From Clostridia bacterium (GTDB lineage Bacteria; Bacillota; Peptococcia; DRI-13; UBA5745): 64,000 bases of DNA. This document shows, one piece after another, positions 22,162-33,382 of this stretch. Where the stretch lies: assembly GCA_018434325.1 (NCBI GenBank), contig JAHDPO010000044.1, positions 53,711-117,710 on the forward strand. Direction: 5' to 3'. A program made the position numbers and the translations under genes. Each line of letters starts with the position of its first letter. Position 1 is the first letter of the stretch. The notes below the pieces were generated by a model. It saw nothing but the letters and a program-made list of their open reading frames with translations, did not search any database and was not told the origin of the DNA.

Positions 22162-24495
22162 TTAATAGGGCAGGCCTTCTTTGTCCAGCCTCCAAATACG
22201 GTTGCCGGCAGCCTTTTGCAGGCGGTTCATTACCGCCGCTCCCCGGCCTTTAGCACTGCAGGCTTCCACAAATATGCGGCCTACATCCTCTTTGTCGCAG
22301 GCCCTTAAAGCATCGTAGAGCAATACGCCCATCTCCCTGGGCCGGCTGTGGCTGCCCATTTTGCGGCAGTAATAAAGCTCCGTCTCTTTTTCCGGCTGCA
22401 AAGCCCGGCCTAAAAGGAGCCGCCAGGTTTCTTCGCTGAGCAAAAGACCGGTCTTGCGCTGTTCCTCGCCGGCTTCTTTTGACAGCGGCGAATGCCAGCC
22501 GTCTGCCAGCTTGTCCTCAAGATCCTTGAGGCTAGCCGGCTGCAGCATCAGGCGGGCGACGAAAGCCGCCACCGCATGGGGATTACCCTGCAAGACGGTG
22601 ACCAGAGCCTGGGGTGCATAATGGCGGTATTTCATGCCCGGCGCCTTAGGCGCTGAGCTAAGGGCGTGGGCGGCGGCGCCGGCGCATTTTTGGTTGCCAC
22701 TACCGCCGCTATCAGCGCCATCAGAGCCGTCAGCGCAGCTCTGGCCGCCGGTTTGCTCTTGCTCACCCTCGCCGCCTTGGACGTGGCCCAAAATCCGGTT
22801 CAACGACGCCAGCGTGATATCGCCGGGCCGCAAAACCACCGGCGGCTCCACCGACAGGTCCAAAATCGTAGACTCAAAGCCTACCTGGCAAGGACCGCCG
22901 TCGATAATCACTTCGATTTTACCATCCAGATCCTCAAGAACATGGGACGCCTTAGTGGGACTGGGCCGGCCGCTGGTATTGGCGCTGGGGGCCGCTATCG
23001 GCCCGCCGCAAGCCTCAATCAAGGCCTGGGCTATGGGCTCGGACGGAAAGCGTATGGCCACCGTATCCAGGCCCGCTGTGACGATAGAGGGGATATGCTC
23101 TGCCGCCGGCATCACCATAGTTAGCGGACCGGGCCAAAGCTTATTGGCTGCCCTCTGAGCCTTCTCAGGCCAGTCTTTCGTCAGCTCCTTGGCTTCTGCC
23201 AGGGAAGCAACATGAAGAATCAGGGGATTATCGCTGGGCCGCCCCTTAGCCTCGTATATTCTGGCCACGGCCTGTTCATCCAGACCGTAAGCGCCTAAGC
23301 CATAAACCGTTTCTGTGGGAAAGGCTACCAGACCGCCTTCCCGCAAAATCCGGCCGGCCTCTTTAATCCGGGGATCATTGCTGTCCTTGATCCGCCAAAA
23401 CTGCGTCTTTTTGATTCGTTTGCCATTGCTCGGGGCAGGAGCGCTTGCCTCAAGCGAAGCAGCAGCGTTGGCAGTGTCATCTGAAACCGCGGCATCGTCT
23501 GAGCCGGCAGCCTCGCCTGCGTCGGCAACTTCGTCTGCTGCAGCGGCGGCATCGCCTATCGTTTCGCCAGCTTTGCCTGCCGCTTCGGCAACTTCACCTG
23601 AGTCAGCAACTTCGCCCTCGCCTTTGCGGCAGCCCAGCACCACCCTGTCCCGGTCGCCTTCGTCCTGCAGGACCTCCACATCGCTAAAGCCCGCTTCCGC
23701 AAACAGCTCTTTGACTGCCGGCCCCTGCCGCCAGCCTATTTCCACCAGGCACCAGCCCTCATCCTCAAGATGCGCATAGGCTGCCGGCAATATTTGGCGA
23801 TAGCAGTCCAGGCCGTCTTCGCCGCCCCACAAGGCTTTCACCGGCTCTTTTTTTACGTTCTCCGGCAGCTCCGCCATTTCCTCCGTGGAAATATAGGGGG
23901 GATTGGCCAGGATCAGCCGGAATTTATCTCCGGGAGCTAAAGGCTCAAACCAGGAGCCTTCTGCCACCTGAACCCGCTGCGCCAGTTGATTCTGGCGGAG
24001 ATTCTTCCTTGTGGTTTCTGCGGCCAGGGGATCGATATCCACCGCCGTTCCTTGCAGCAAGGGCCTGGCTAAAGCCAGCGATGTAATCACGGCGCCGCTG
24101 CCGCTGCCCAGCTCCAGCACCCGGGCCGCTTCCTGCTCAGGAAAACGATTCAAAGCGGCATTGACCAGGATCAAGGTGTCCCGGCGGGGAATCAGCACCC
24201 CGGGCGCAACGCAACAATCCAAACCGCCGAAATCCTGGCGGCCGGTAAGGTAAGCCATCGGTTCATTAGCGGCCAAACGTTCTACGGCCTCCGCATAAGC
24301 TTGCTGCCGTTCCGGCTCCAAAAGTGCATCGAAATCCAACAGCAGCTGCAGACCTTCTTTTTCCCAGCAAAAAGCAAGAAGCTCCTTTGCCTCCCGGCAG
24401 GCAGCTTCTTCGGAAAATCCCGCTTTTTTTAATTGTCGGCAAGCCCGGGCATAAGCTTCCCTGCCCGAAATCCTGCCATAGCCTATCTCTGGCAT
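22162..24495 (-). CDS. prmC: fusion of release-factor glutamine methyltransferase PrmC and threonylcarbamoyl-AMP synthase Sua5
   Basis: N-half: VLIPR, GSGSG, NPPY; C-half: FPTETVYGL, KGRPSDNP, PSANTSG, PGMKYRHY; ~70-aa Ala/Asp/Glu linker with no stop. Confidence 0.9.
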   Translation of the reverse strand: MPEIGYGRISGREAYARACRQLKKAGFSEEAACREAKELLAFCWEKEGLQLLLDFDALLEPERQQAYAEAVERLAANEPMAYLTGRQDFGGLDCCVAPGVLIPRRDTLILVNAALNRFPEQEAARVLELGSGSGAVITSLALARPLLQGTAVDIDPLAAETTRKNLRQNQLAQRVQVAEGSWFEPLAPGDKFRLILANPPYISTEEMAELPENVKKEPVKALWGGEDGLDCYRQILPAAYAHLEDEGWCLVEIGWRQGPAVKELFAEAGFSDVEVLQDEGDRDRVVLGCRKGEGEVADSGEVAEAAGKAGETIGDAAAAADEVADAGEAAGSDDAAVSDDTANAAASLEASAPAPSNGKRIKKTQFWRIKDSNDPRIKEAGRILREGGLVAFPTETVYGLGAYGLDEQAVARIYEAKGRPSDNPLILHVASLAEAKELTKDWPEKAQRAANKLWPGPLTMVMPAAEHIPSIVTAGLDTVAIRFPSEPIAQALIEACGGPIAAPSANTSGRPSPTKASHVLEDLDGKIEVIIDGGPCQVGFESTILDLSVEPPVVLRPGDITLASLNRILGHVQGGEGEQEQTGGQSCADGSDGADSGGSGNQKCAGAAAHALSSAPKAPGMKYRHYAPQALVTVLQGNPHAVAAFVARLMLQPASLKDLEDKLADGWHSPLSKEAGEEQRKTGLLLSEETWRLLLGRALQPEKETELYYCRKMGSHSRPREMGVLLYDALRACDKEDVGRIFVEACSAKGRGAAVMNRLQKAAGNRIWRLDKEGLPY

Positions 24496-24554
24496 AAATT
24501 GCCCTACTCCCGTTTAATATTCTTGCAGCTAAGAGGCGGCCTGACATTGCCGCC

Positions 24555-25628
24555 TTATTCCTGGCTGCTTTTCAGCTGCTCCGCCTGGTCGGCGTTGGTC
24601 AGCGCTTCAATGAATTCCGCCAGCTCGCCTTGCAGCACGTATTCCAGCTTATAAGAAGTCAAGCCGATACGATGGTCCGTCACCCGGCCCTGGGGAAAAT
24701 TATACGTACGTATCCGTTCACTGCGATCCCCGGAGCCAACCATGCTTTTGCGGGTGCTGGCCTGCTGGCCCTGCTGCTCCTCCATGGCCTTCTCCATCAG
24801 CCGGGAACGCAGCACCTTCATGGCTTTATCCTTATTTTTAATCTGGGATTTTTCGTCCTGGCAGCTGACGACCAGACCGGTGGGGATATGGGTTAAGCGA
24901 ATAGCCGATTTTGTGGTGTTCACCGACTGGCCCCCGGGGCCGCTGGAGCAGAAAATATCTACCCGGACATCCGCTTCTTTGATGTCGATGTCCACTTCTT
25001 CAGCCTCCGGCAATACGGCCACCGTAGCGGCAGAGGTATGGATACGACCGCCGGACTCTGTCTCCGGCACCCGCTGCACCCGATGAACGCCGCTTTCGTA
25101 TTTCAGCCGGCTGTAAGCCCCCCGGCCCTCGATCAGCAGCACAACTTCCTTGACGCCGCCGATATCCGTAATATTGGAGGACATGATATCGATGCGCCAG
25201 CCTTGGTTTTCGGCATAACGGCTATACATCCGCATCAGATCGCCGGCAAACAGGGCGGCTTCTTCGCCGCCGGTACCGCCCCGGACTTCCAGCAGCACGT
25301 TTTTGTCATCATTGGGGTCTTTCGGCAGCAACAATATCTGCAAACGGGTCTTTAATACTTCTTCTTTATCTTCCAGATCGGTCAAATCAGCCTTGATCAG
25401 CTCTTCCATTTCATGGTCCAGGCCGCCGGCCTCCAGCAGCTCCCGATTATCTTTGATCTGCTGCAAAACTTGCTTATATTCGCTATAGGCCTCAACAGTC
25501 TCCTGCATACCGGCATGTTTTTTTGTGTATTCCCGCCAGGAGTTTTGATCGGCAATGATATTGGGATCGCTTATTTTCTCCGTCAATTCATTGAAAACGG
25601 TTTCCATTTTATTTAATCTGTCCAGCAT
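24555..25628 (-). CDS. prfA: peptide chain release factor 1
   Basis: PET motif, [12 protein letters not shown]. Confidence 0.97.
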   Translation of the reverse strand: MLDRLNKMETVFNELTEKISDPNIIADQNSWREYTKKHAGMQETVEAYSEYKQVLQQIKDNRELLEAGGLDHEMEELIKADLTDLEDKEEVLKTRLQILLLPKDPNDDKNVLLEVRGGTGGEEAALFAGDLMRMYSRYAENQGWRIDIMSSNITDIGGVKEVVLLIEGRGAYSRLKYESGVHRVQRVPETESGGRIHTSAATVAVLPEAEEVDIDIKEADVRVDIFCSSGPGGQSVNTTKSAIRLTHIPTGLVVSCQDEKSQIKNKDKAMKVLRSRLMEKAMEEQQGQQASTRKSMVGSGDRSERIRTYNFPQGRVTDHRIGLTSYKLEYVLQGELAEFIEALTNADQAEQLKSSQE

Positions 25629-25741
25629 TGATGAACCCCTTTCCTGATCAGCATAGTATTGGCAAATAATACCCCTCTGCGGGCCAAGCCCAGGCAGAAT
25701 GGTATACGTCGGCAAAAATTAATACAACGTCAGCCGACTGC

Positions 25742-26830
25742 CTACGTCTCAGGAGCCGTCTCCGGAGCCGGGGTCAACGTCTCCGCCTTGGCCATCGTAA
25801 TCTCGGTAATCATAGCTTCCGCTTCCGTCTCCGCCATCACTGCTGTCGCCGTCGGCCCTGTCATGACGGCAGACTGGTCCGCTGCTGCTATGGTTTCGGC
25901 GGCAGCCACTGTTTCCGCCTCTTGAATCTGGGGCGCCTCTTCCACAGGCAAAACACCGTCGTCCTGCAGCACCTTGGTCAAGGCGGCAATAGCCACTTCC
26001 AGCTGGCTGTCGTCAGGCTCCCGGGTCGTCAGCCGCTGCAGCTGCAGGCCCGGCCAGCTGATGGCCGCCACAATAGGATTATCCAGCCTTTTGCCGGCTA
26101 AGCGGATCAATTCGTAGGCGATGCCGGCAATCACCGGCAGCAAAACCACCCGGCTCAACAGCCGTTGGGCCATGGTCATAGCCGGCAGCAAGGAATACAG
26201 CAAAATACTGACCACCATCACCAGCAATAAGAAGCTGGTGCCGCAGCGGGGATGGAGGCGGCTCATGGACCTGGTGTTTTCCAGATTCAGCGTCTTGCCG
26301 GATTCATAAGCGTAAATCGACTTATGCTCCGCTCCGTGGTATTGAAAAACCCGCTGCACGTCTTTCACCTGAGATATGCCGACGATATACAGCAGAAAAA
26401 TGACTATCCGCATCAGGCCCTCCAGCACATTCTGCAGGCCGTGGCTGGGCACCCAGGTTTTAATGACCTGAGCCAAAAAAGCCGGCAAAATAAAGAACAG
26501 CAGGACGCCTAAGCTTAAAGAAACGGCCACCGTAATGGCAATCTCCTTATTTGACAGCGTCTCCTCCTCTTCGCCTTCCTCCAAAGCCTGGTTGGCGGAA
26601 AATACCAGGGTTTTTACACCCATCACCAGGGAATCCACCAGATTAACGGTACCCCGAATAAAAGGCCAGCGCAGAAAAGCCGGTCTGTTGGCGGACTGGT
26701 TAATGGCCCAGCCCTCTACACCTATGCAGTCGGGGCCTTTACGAAAGGCGATAGCCAGGCTGTTTTTGCCTCGCATCATTACGCCTTCGATGACGGCCTG
26801 ACCGCCGTAATTGAATTTCGTCTCGCTCAT
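25742..26830 (-). CDS. DUF1385 membrane protein
   Basis: GGQAVIEGVMMR, YHGAEHK, HPRCGTSF; low-complexity tail. Confidence 0.92.
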   Translation of the reverse strand: MSETKFNYGGQAVIEGVMMRGKNSLAIAFRKGPDCIGVEGWAINQSANRPAFLRWPFIRGTVNLVDSLVMGVKTLVFSANQALEEGEEEETLSNKEIAITVAVSLSLGVLLFFILPAFLAQVIKTWVPSHGLQNVLEGLMRIVIFLLYIVGISQVKDVQRVFQYHGAEHKSIYAYESGKTLNLENTRSMSRLHPRCGTSFLLLVMVVSILLYSLLPAMTMAQRLLSRVVLLPVIAGIAYELIRLAGKRLDNPIVAAISWPGLQLQRLTTREPDDSQLEVAIAALTKVLQDDGVLPVEEAPQIQEAETVAAAETIAAADQSAVMTGPTATAVMAETEAEAMITEITMAKAETLTPAPETAPET

Positions 26831-26963
26831 GATAACTCCTTAACTGCTTCTCGAATCACTTTATTAATAGTTTTTCGTGTTCTAACATAATATTTTACCA
26901 CAGATCGAGAAAAATAAAAAGAAGCAGGGCGCTGCCGCCCTGCCATTTTCTTTGCAATATCTA

Positions 26964-27164
26964 TTACTGCATACCGTACTTGTTTTTAAACCGCTCAACC
27001 CGGCCCTTCGTAAATACTGTCCTCTGCTTTCCTGTGTAAAAGGGGTGGCACTGGGAACAAATTTCCACTTTAATCTCCGGGCTGGTGGAACCGGTCTCGA
27101 AGGTATTGCCACAGGCACAGGTCACTTTGGCGGTGTGATACTTGGGATGAATGTCTTGTTTCAT
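26964..27164 (-). CDS. rpmE: 50S ribosomal protein L31 (Zn-binding type)
   Basis: [19 protein letters not shown]. Confidence 0.97.
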   Translation of the reverse strand: MKQDIHPKYHTAKVTCACGNTFETGSTSPEIKVEICSQCHPFYTGKQRTVFTKGRVERFKNKYGMQ

Positions 27165-27217
27165 AACTCTCTTTCACCTCTTTCCAAGGGGTCCGCCGAC
27201 CCACATTACAGTTATTC

Positions 27218-27246
27218 AGTATAGCACTATCCCTTTGTTATTGCAA
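27218..27246 (-). promoter_or_regulatory. rpmE sigmaA promoter
   Basis: TTGCAA-17 bp-TATACT with TG extension. Confidence 0.7.
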
Positions 27247-27333
27247 GAGCGCGGGCGAAAAAAAGCCCTGCTGCGTCATGATAAATACCAGGAAAATTTA
27301 GGAACACTCAGTTAACGTCTGCAGACTGGAAAA

Positions 27334-27473
27334 TGAGCAAAATTGCAAGTTTAAAGTGTGCTGTCCATGTAGAATAGCGGGCACATCCTTAACGCCACAC
27401 TAAATACAGACAAATGAAGCGCAATACAGCCGATAAATGGTGTTCGGACACTTTAAACTTGCAATTTTGCGTA
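27334..27473. repeat. MITE/REP-like family B, copy 1
   Basis: 23-bp perfect IR GCAAAATTGCAAGTTTAAAGTGT; homologs at 48394 and 56181. Confidence 0.85.
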
Positions 27474-27544
27474 AAAAATGAACCAGCGAGTGAGAGAGCG
27501 TACACAACCTCGTTTTTTGAACAGTCGCCCATAATTCCAGGCCT

Positions 27545-28018
27545 TTACAGCAAAAACCAGGGTTCCTCGCCGCCTTTAGCCGGCAGCTCAATCTCCGGCA
27601 TCAGCTCCGTCGAAATGATTTGCAGCATCTCCTCCAGCCGCTCCACGTCCTCGGCGGCAAAGCGCTCCTTAATGCGGCTCATGACGATGGCCAAATAGCT
27701 GTAGCTGACGTTGTAGTAGTCGATATATTTTTGTGTGGGCTCAAGATGATACTCCCGGCGGTCATCCTTGGAACGGATCTTTCGCAAATAACCTTTTTGG
27801 ATCAGGCTGTTCACCTTATAAGCAGCGTTGGGCGACGATATCTGCACAAAACCGGCAAACTCATTCACCGTAGGCTTACCCAGGGCCTGGATAATCTCCA
27901 TACAAAAGGTTTCCACCGTGGTCAGACTGGCCTCTCTATCCTGAAAATGGCCGAAGACCTTGCGGTAGAAATGCAGTTTGAATTTAGAATACACGGTAGC
28001 AAACTGATAATCCAGCAT
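27545..28018 (-). CDS. MarR-family regulator
   Basis: wHTH ISSPNAAYKVNSLIQKGYL, DRRE wing. Confidence 0.88.
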   Translation of the reverse strand: MLDYQFATVYSKFKLHFYRKVFGHFQDREASLTTVETFCMEIIQALGKPTVNEFAGFVQISSPNAAYKVNSLIQKGYLRKIRSKDDRREYHLEPTQKYIDYYNVSYSYLAIVMSRIKERFAAEDVERLEEMLQIISTELMPEIELPAKGGEEPWFLL

Positions 28019-28176
28019 AGGAACCGGATTCCTCCTCTCTGGCATGCAGCCTGGCTCGACTTCCGGCGAAGGACATATTGCTTGCGGCGAAAGGCCTCTT
28101 GCTGCCGTCTCGCAGCTTCACCGCTACGCCCGCTACGCCGTTTTGCCGTTTTGCCGCTTCGCCTTTCTGCATCTTG

Positions 28177-29337
28177 CTATAGCTGGGATTGAGCCGCAAT
28201 CCATTCAGCCATAATCGATTTTAACACATCGGCTGTATGCTGCATACCCTCCAGCCGCCAGGCATTGGCGCCGCAGAAGAATAAGCCGTTTTCCAAATCG
28301 CCCCGGACTGCGGCAATCAAAGCATCCGAGATGCAATAAGGCGCCTTGCCGCGGGGGCAAGGTACCAGGCAGCCGATACAACCGGCTGACAAAACAGCCT
28401 CTCCCGCCTCCAGCCGCCGGATCAAAGGGGTTCTCAGAGCCCGGCCCGGCATACCCACCGGGCTTTGCACCAGCTGAATATCCTCTTTTTGGGCGGCAAT
28501 CAAGATATCCTTAAATCTTTGGGAGGCGTCACATTCATAAGTAGCAATCAGCCGGGTAGCAATCTGTATTCCCGCCGCACCGCAGGCGGCAACACGGGCG
28601 GCATCGACACCATCCCAGACGCCGCCGGCGGCAAATACGGGAATCCGCCGACCTGTCCGCTCCTCAAAAGGAACCAAGGCAGCCGTCACCTCAGTCACCA
28701 GGGTTTCCAGGGAAGCGGTACTACCCGCCAATAAGTCTTCTTTAGCAAAACCAAGATGGCCACCGGCTTCGCTACCTTCCACCACCACAAAGCCGGGCAA
28801 AACATGATAGCGTTTTTCCCAGAGACGGCAAAGCGTAGCTGCCGCCCGGCCGCTTGATACGATAGGAGCCAAAGCCGCACCGCTCCCTTCCGCCGCCGCC
28901 GCAATAGCCGGCAGATCCAGAGGCAGCCCGGCGCCGCAAACAATAGCATCGGCGCCGGCAGCTATGGCAGCCCTCACACTGTCGGCATACAGAGCTGAGG
29001 CCACCATGACATTAACAGCCACCAGGCCCCGGCCGCCGGCCAGCTCCTTGGCCCGGCGGATCTCCCGGGCCAGGGCTCTCAAGTTAGCCTCTTGCGGATC
29101 TGCGTCAAAATCCGGCTCATTAAAGCCGGGCACTGCGGCGCTAATCGTGCCCATGCCGCCGCAAGCGGCCACCGCCCCGGCCAGAGATCCCAGGGAAACG
29201 CCAATCCCCATGCCACCCTGCACAATCGGCAGCTCTAAAACTTTGCCGCCAATGGTTACGCTCATCGGCAAACCTCGATTCTCATGTTGGTTTTCATGTT
29301 GACTTTCATGTTGGTTTTCATTTGCGTTTTCGCTCAT
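28177..29337 (-). CDS. FabK/nitronate monooxygenase-family flavoprotein, probable enoyl-ACP reductase
   Basis: [34 protein letters not shown]; in acc operon. Confidence 0.85.
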   Translation of the reverse strand: MSENANENQHESQHENQHENRGLPMSVTIGGKVLELPIVQGGMGIGVSLGSLAGAVAACGGMGTISAAVPGFNEPDFDADPQEANLRALAREIRRAKELAGGRGLVAVNVMVASALYADSVRAAIAAGADAIVCGAGLPLDLPAIAAAAEGSGAALAPIVSSGRAAATLCRLWEKRYHVLPGFVVVEGSEAGGHLGFAKEDLLAGSTASLETLVTEVTAALVPFEERTGRRIPVFAAGGVWDGVDAARVAACGAAGIQIATRLIATYECDASQRFKDILIAAQKEDIQLVQSPVGMPGRALRTPLIRRLEAGEAVLSAGCIGCLVPCPRGKAPYCISDALIAAVRGDLENGLFFCGANAWRLEGMQHTADVLKSIMAEWIAAQSQL

Positions 29338-30260
29338 ATTGTCTCCTTCGCCGCAACCTGCAAAAAGCCGTTGCCCATCTCCCTAAACTTCTGATAACGG
29401 GTCCGTGCGGGATTAGACTGTTTTTGCAGTTCTGCCAGATGCCTTTGCAGAGCTCTGTCTACTGTGCGGAAAATCTCTTTGGCCGCCGGCCCTGCGGATC
29501 GGGCGCCGCCGGCAGGCTCCGGCAAAATCTCATCGATGACCCCCAGCTCCAACAGATCGGCTGCTGTCAGCTTCATCACCTCGCAGGCCTCGCCGGCCCG
29601 GCTTTTATCTTTCCACAAAATCGAAGCGAAGCCTTCCGGCGAAAGGATAGAGTACACCGCGTTTTCCAGCATCAGCACCCGATTGCCCATGGCTAAAGCC
29701 AAGGCGCCGCCGGAGCCGCCCTCGCCGACCACTACGGTCAAAAGCGGGGTTTGCAGCGTGCTCATCAATGCCAGGCAGCGGGCAATAGCCTCCCCCTGAC
29801 CCCGGGCTTCCGCTTCCAGGCCGGGATAGGCCCCCGGCGTATCGATAAAGGTAATGACGGGACGGCGGAATTTTTCAGCCGCCCGCAATAGACGCTGTAC
29901 CTTGCGGTAACCCTCCGGCGAAGGCATGCCAAAACGGCAGTGCAGATTCTCCTCCAGGCTTTTGCCCTTGCGATGGCCCAGCACCGTTACCGGCTGGCCG
30001 TGAAACAAGGCTACTCCGCCAAGGATTGCAGGATCTTCGCCGCCCAGCCGATCGCCCTTTTGCTCGAAGAAATCCGTAAACAACGCTTTGATAAACTGCA
30101 GCGTGCCGGGACGGCTGACCGACCGGGCCAAGGCCACCCGCTGAGCTGCGGTGAGAATTTCCGGCTTCTCATTTTCCGTCTGATCCGCTTTAACCGCCTG
30201 CTCCGCCTTAATCGGCAGGTCGGCTTTTACGCTCTCTATTCTTTTCTCTGTATTATCCAC
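29334..30260 (-). CDS. accA: acetyl-CoA carboxylase carboxyltransferase alpha
   Basis: [19 protein letters not shown]. Confidence 0.95.
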   Translation of the reverse strand: MDNTEKRIESVKADLPIKAEQAVKADQTENEKPEILTAAQRVALARSVSRPGTLQFIKALFTDFFEQKGDRLGGEDPAILGGVALFHGQPVTVLGHRKGKSLEENLHCRFGMPSPEGYRKVQRLLRAAEKFRRPVITFIDTPGAYPGLEAEARGQGEAIARCLALMSTLQTPLLTVVVGEGGSGGALALAMGNRVLMLENAVYSILSPEGFASILWKDKSRAGEACEVMKLTAADLLELGVIDEILPEPAGGARSAGPAAKEIFRTVDRALQRHLAELQKQSNPARTRYQKFREMGNGFLQVAAKETI

Positions 30261-31134
30261 GGTGGCCCCCTCCTTTCCGGTGCAGCCGCAGCAGCTGCCC
30301 CAGCGTTGCCTTCATGGCCGCCCGGGGTACTACGGCATCAATAAAGCCATGCTCCTCAAGGTACTCCGCCCGCTGAAAGCCTTCCGGCAGCTCCTGGCCT
30401 ATGGTTTGCTCAATGACCCGGGGCCCGGCAAAGCCAATCAAAGCATTAGGCTCAGCTAAGGTGAAATCTCCCAGGGAAGCAAAGCTGGCGGTAACGCCGC
30501 CGGTGGTGGGATGGGTCAGGCAGGCGATATAAAGTCCGCCGTTTTGCTGAAACTTCTCAATGGCGGCCGCGGTTTTTGCCATCTGCATCAGTGAAAGAAT
30601 ACCTTCCTGCATGCGGGCGCCGCCGGAGGCACAGAAAATAATCAGCGGCAGCTTTTCTTTGGCTGCCGTCTCCGCCGCCCGGGCCACTTTCTCACCCACG
30701 GCAATGCCCATGCTGCCCATTAGAAACCGGCCGTCCATCACCGCCACAATAGCAGTAATCCCTTCAATCTGCCCCTTGGCCGTCACAATAGCCTCCTGCA
30801 GGCCGCTGCGCTTTTGCAGGCTCTTTTTCTTCTCCGCATAACCCTCAAAAGTCAAGGGGTCGCCGGAGACCAGATTCTCGTTCAACTCCCGAAAACTGCC
30901 CTGATCCAGCAGCAGTGCCAGCCGCTGATAAGCGCCCAGCGGCCGGTGATGGCCGCATTCCGGGCAGACGGAGAGGTTTTTTGTCCAATCAGCCTTGGCC
31001 GCCACCCCATTGCATTCGGGGCATTGTTCAAAGACGTCCTGGGCAGAAGGGGCGTTCTTTTTTTGTACGGCGTTTTCCCGCCAGACTTTAAGCTGCAGCA
31101 GCTTCTGGCGCCGCCCCTTGAAAAAGTCAATCAT
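30253..31134 (-). CDS. accD: acetyl-CoA carboxylase carboxyltransferase beta
   Basis: CPEC..CPEC Zn finger, [18 protein letters not shown]. Confidence 0.96.
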   Translation of the reverse strand: MIDFFKGRRQKLLQLKVWRENAVQKKNAPSAQDVFEQCPECNGVAAKADWTKNLSVCPECGHHRPLGAYQRLALLLDQGSFRELNENLVSGDPLTFEGYAEKKKSLQKRSGLQEAIVTAKGQIEGITAIVAVMDGRFLMGSMGIAVGEKVARAAETAAKEKLPLIIFCASGGARMQEGILSLMQMAKTAAAIEKFQQNGGLYIACLTHPTTGGVTASFASLGDFTLAEPNALIGFAGPRVIEQTIGQELPEGFQRAEYLEEHGFIDAVVPRAAMKATLGQLLRLHRKGGGHRG

Positions 31135-32518
31135 CAGCCTTCTCCTTTATTTCTTCCGCCTTGCTCACCTGCAGCAGCCCTTCAAGGTGCTGCTCCAAAA
31201 AACTGGTATCATAATTGCCCCGCAAAAAATCCGGGTGATAGGTAATCAGGTGAGCCAGCTCGGCTACGGTAGGATAGCCTTCCACCACCAGTTCCTCCAA
31301 GGCCCGGCGCATCCGGCGAATAGCCTGTAAGCGGCTCTGACCATGTACGATGATTTTGGCCACCATGGAATCGTAATAAGGGCTTAGCATGCTGCCGGAA
31401 TAAAGGGCCGAGTCCACCCGCACGCCGCAGCCGCCGGGGAAATGCAAAAATCCGGTTTTGCCCGGCGTGGGCCGGAAATCCTTGGTTGGATCTTCGGCGT
31501 TGATACGCACTTCAATAGCATGGCCTCTGAAGGTCACCTCGTCCTGAGTGAAGGGCAGGGGCAAACCTGCCGCAATGCGCAGCTGCTCCTGAATCAGGTC
31601 CAGGCCGGTGAGCATTTCCGTTACGGGATGCTCCACCTGGATTCGGGTATTCATCTCAATAAAGTAATAATGACCCTCTTTGTCCAGCACAAATTCGATG
31701 GTGCCGGCGCCCAGATAGCCGCAGGCTTTGGCGGCCTGCACGGCAGCTTCCCCCATTTGACGGCGTAGCTGGTCCGTCAGGGCCCGGGAGGGCGATTCTT
31801 CAATCAGCTTCTGATTCTTGCGCTGAATGGAACAATCCCGCTCGCCAAGGTGAACGACATTGCCGGCGCTATCGGCCAAAATCTGAAATTCAATGTGGCG
31901 GGGCCGCAGAATCAGCTTTTCCACATACATTTCGCCGTTGCCGAAGCAGCTCACCGCCTCAGCCTGAGCGGCGGCAAAGCTGGCCGCCATCTGGCCGGCC
32001 TCAAAGACCCGGCGCATGCCCCGGCCGCCGCCGCCGGCGCTGGCCTTCAGCAGCACAGGGTAGCCGATGGCCTCTGCCACCGCCGCAGCCTCCGCGGCAT
32101 CCGCCACTGTGCCGTCGGAGCCGGGCACCACCGGCACGCCGGCCTGCTGCATCAGCTCCCGGGCCGCCGCCTTATTGCCCATGCGGCGAATAACATCCCC
32201 CGCCGGGCCGATAAAGACTATGCCGTGTTTAGCGCAGAGATCGGCAAATTCGGCGTTTTCCGATAAAAAGCCGTAGCCGGGATGAATAGCCTGGCAGCCG
32301 CTGCCTAAGGCGGCGCTGAGAATAGCCTGCCGGTTTAAATAACTGTCCGCCGCTTTCGGCGGTCCGATGCAAACGGCTTTGTCCGCCAGCTGCACATGCA
32401 GGGCATTTTCATCGGCTGTAGAATAAACCGCCACCGTTTCAATGCCTAACTCATTGCAGGTACGCAATATGCGCACCGCTATTTCGCCCCGGTTGGCAAT
32501 CAGGATTCGTTTAAACAT
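31127..32518 (-). CDS. accC: biotin carboxylase
   Basis: ANRGEIA, GGGGRGM, EMNTRIQVEH. Confidence 0.97.
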   Translation of the reverse strand: MFKRILIANRGEIAVRILRTCNELGIETVAVYSTADENALHVQLADKAVCIGPPKAADSYLNRQAILSAALGSGCQAIHPGYGFLSENAEFADLCAKHGIVFIGPAGDVIRRMGNKAAARELMQQAGVPVVPGSDGTVADAAEAAAVAEAIGYPVLLKASAGGGGRGMRRVFEAGQMAASFAAAQAEAVSCFGNGEMYVEKLILRPRHIEFQILADSAGNVVHLGERDCSIQRKNQKLIEESPSRALTDQLRRQMGEAAVQAAKACGYLGAGTIEFVLDKEGHYYFIEMNTRIQVEHPVTEMLTGLDLIQEQLRIAAGLPLPFTQDEVTFRGHAIEVRINAEDPTKDFRPTPGKTGFLHFPGGCGVRVDSALYSGSMLSPYYDSMVAKIIVHGQSRLQAIRRMRRALEELVVEGYPTVAELAHLITYHPDFLRGNYDTSFLEQHLEGLLQVSKAEEIKEKADD

Positions 32519-32521
32519 AAC

Positions 32522-33022
32522 TTACAGCTCCCGTATGCGGAACAGGCCGTCGTCAAAGCCCGCCAGGGCCCCGTCGGCCAGCAGCACTTCTTCAATCATG
32601 CAATCGCAGGGAGCCGGCACCTCGTTGATCATTTTCATAGCTTCAAGTATGCATACGATATCGCCCTTTTTCACGGAACTGCCTACGGTGACGAAAGGCG
32701 CCGACTCCGGTGAAGGAGCCGCATAAAAGGTGCCTACCACCGGCGCCTTAATGTAGCTGCCGGAGGCGGGGGCAGCGGCATTGGCGGAAGAGCTCGCAGC
32801 GCTGTTGGCAGGGGAGGGCGCGGCGGCAATTGCCGATGCCGGTATCGCCGCCGCAGCAGCCGGCGCTGCCGCTATAGGGAGGAACGCCGCCGGGTTTGCC
32901 GGCCCTTGAGGCCAGGCTGCCCTTTCCAGCACCAGGCGGACGCCATTTTCTTCATATTCCAAACGGGTAAGAGTTGTCGCTTCAAAGCTCTGCATCAGAG
33001 CTTGCAGTTCCTGCTGGTTCAT
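32522..33022 (-). CDS. accB: biotin carboxyl carrier protein
   Basis: EAMKM biotinylation motif, Ala/Pro linker. Confidence 0.95.
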   Translation of the reverse strand: MNQQELQALMQSFEATTLTRLEYEENGVRLVLERAAWPQGPANPAAFLPIAAAPAAAAAIPASAIAAAPSPANSAASSSANAAAPASGSYIKAPVVGTFYAAPSPESAPFVTVGSSVKKGDIVCILEAMKMINEVPAPCDCMIEEVLLADGALAGFDDGLFRIREL

Positions 33023-33115
33023 CAGCAAAAACCTCCTTTCATCATAAAAAGCGGCCGAGGCCGCTTTTGTACAATTGGGCCGGCAAGGCGAAAAATAATG
33101 GCATCGTCATCCGGC

Positions 33116-33340
33116 TCAGGCGTTATTCTCCAGGTAAGTCACCAAGTCTCCCACGGTCTTCAGATCAGCCAGTACATCGTCGGGGATCGTTACCTTGAGG
33201 GCCTCTTCAAGGGCCATGGCCATCTCCACCGCATCAAGGCTGTCAATATCCAGATCTTCGGCCAGGCGGGCTTCCGGCGTTATGTCTGAAATCTCACAAT
33301 TCAAGGTATCCACTATCACATTACGCACTTTTTCAAACAT
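33116..33340 (-). CDS. acpP: acyl carrier protein
   Basis: DLDIDSLDAVE. Confidence 0.96.
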   Translation of the reverse strand: MFEKVRNVIVDTLNCEISDITPEARLAEDLDIDSLDAVEMAMALEEALKVTIPDDVLADLKTVGDLVTYLENNA

Positions 33341-33382
33341 TGTTTTTATTCCTTTATCGTTTATTTGCTAGCCTTCATTTCG

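Noticed and set aside
28120-28165. ~8-bp degenerate tandem (CCGCTACG/CCGTTTTG) between fabK-like and marR
   Set aside because: Short and isolated; consistent with the general duplication tendency
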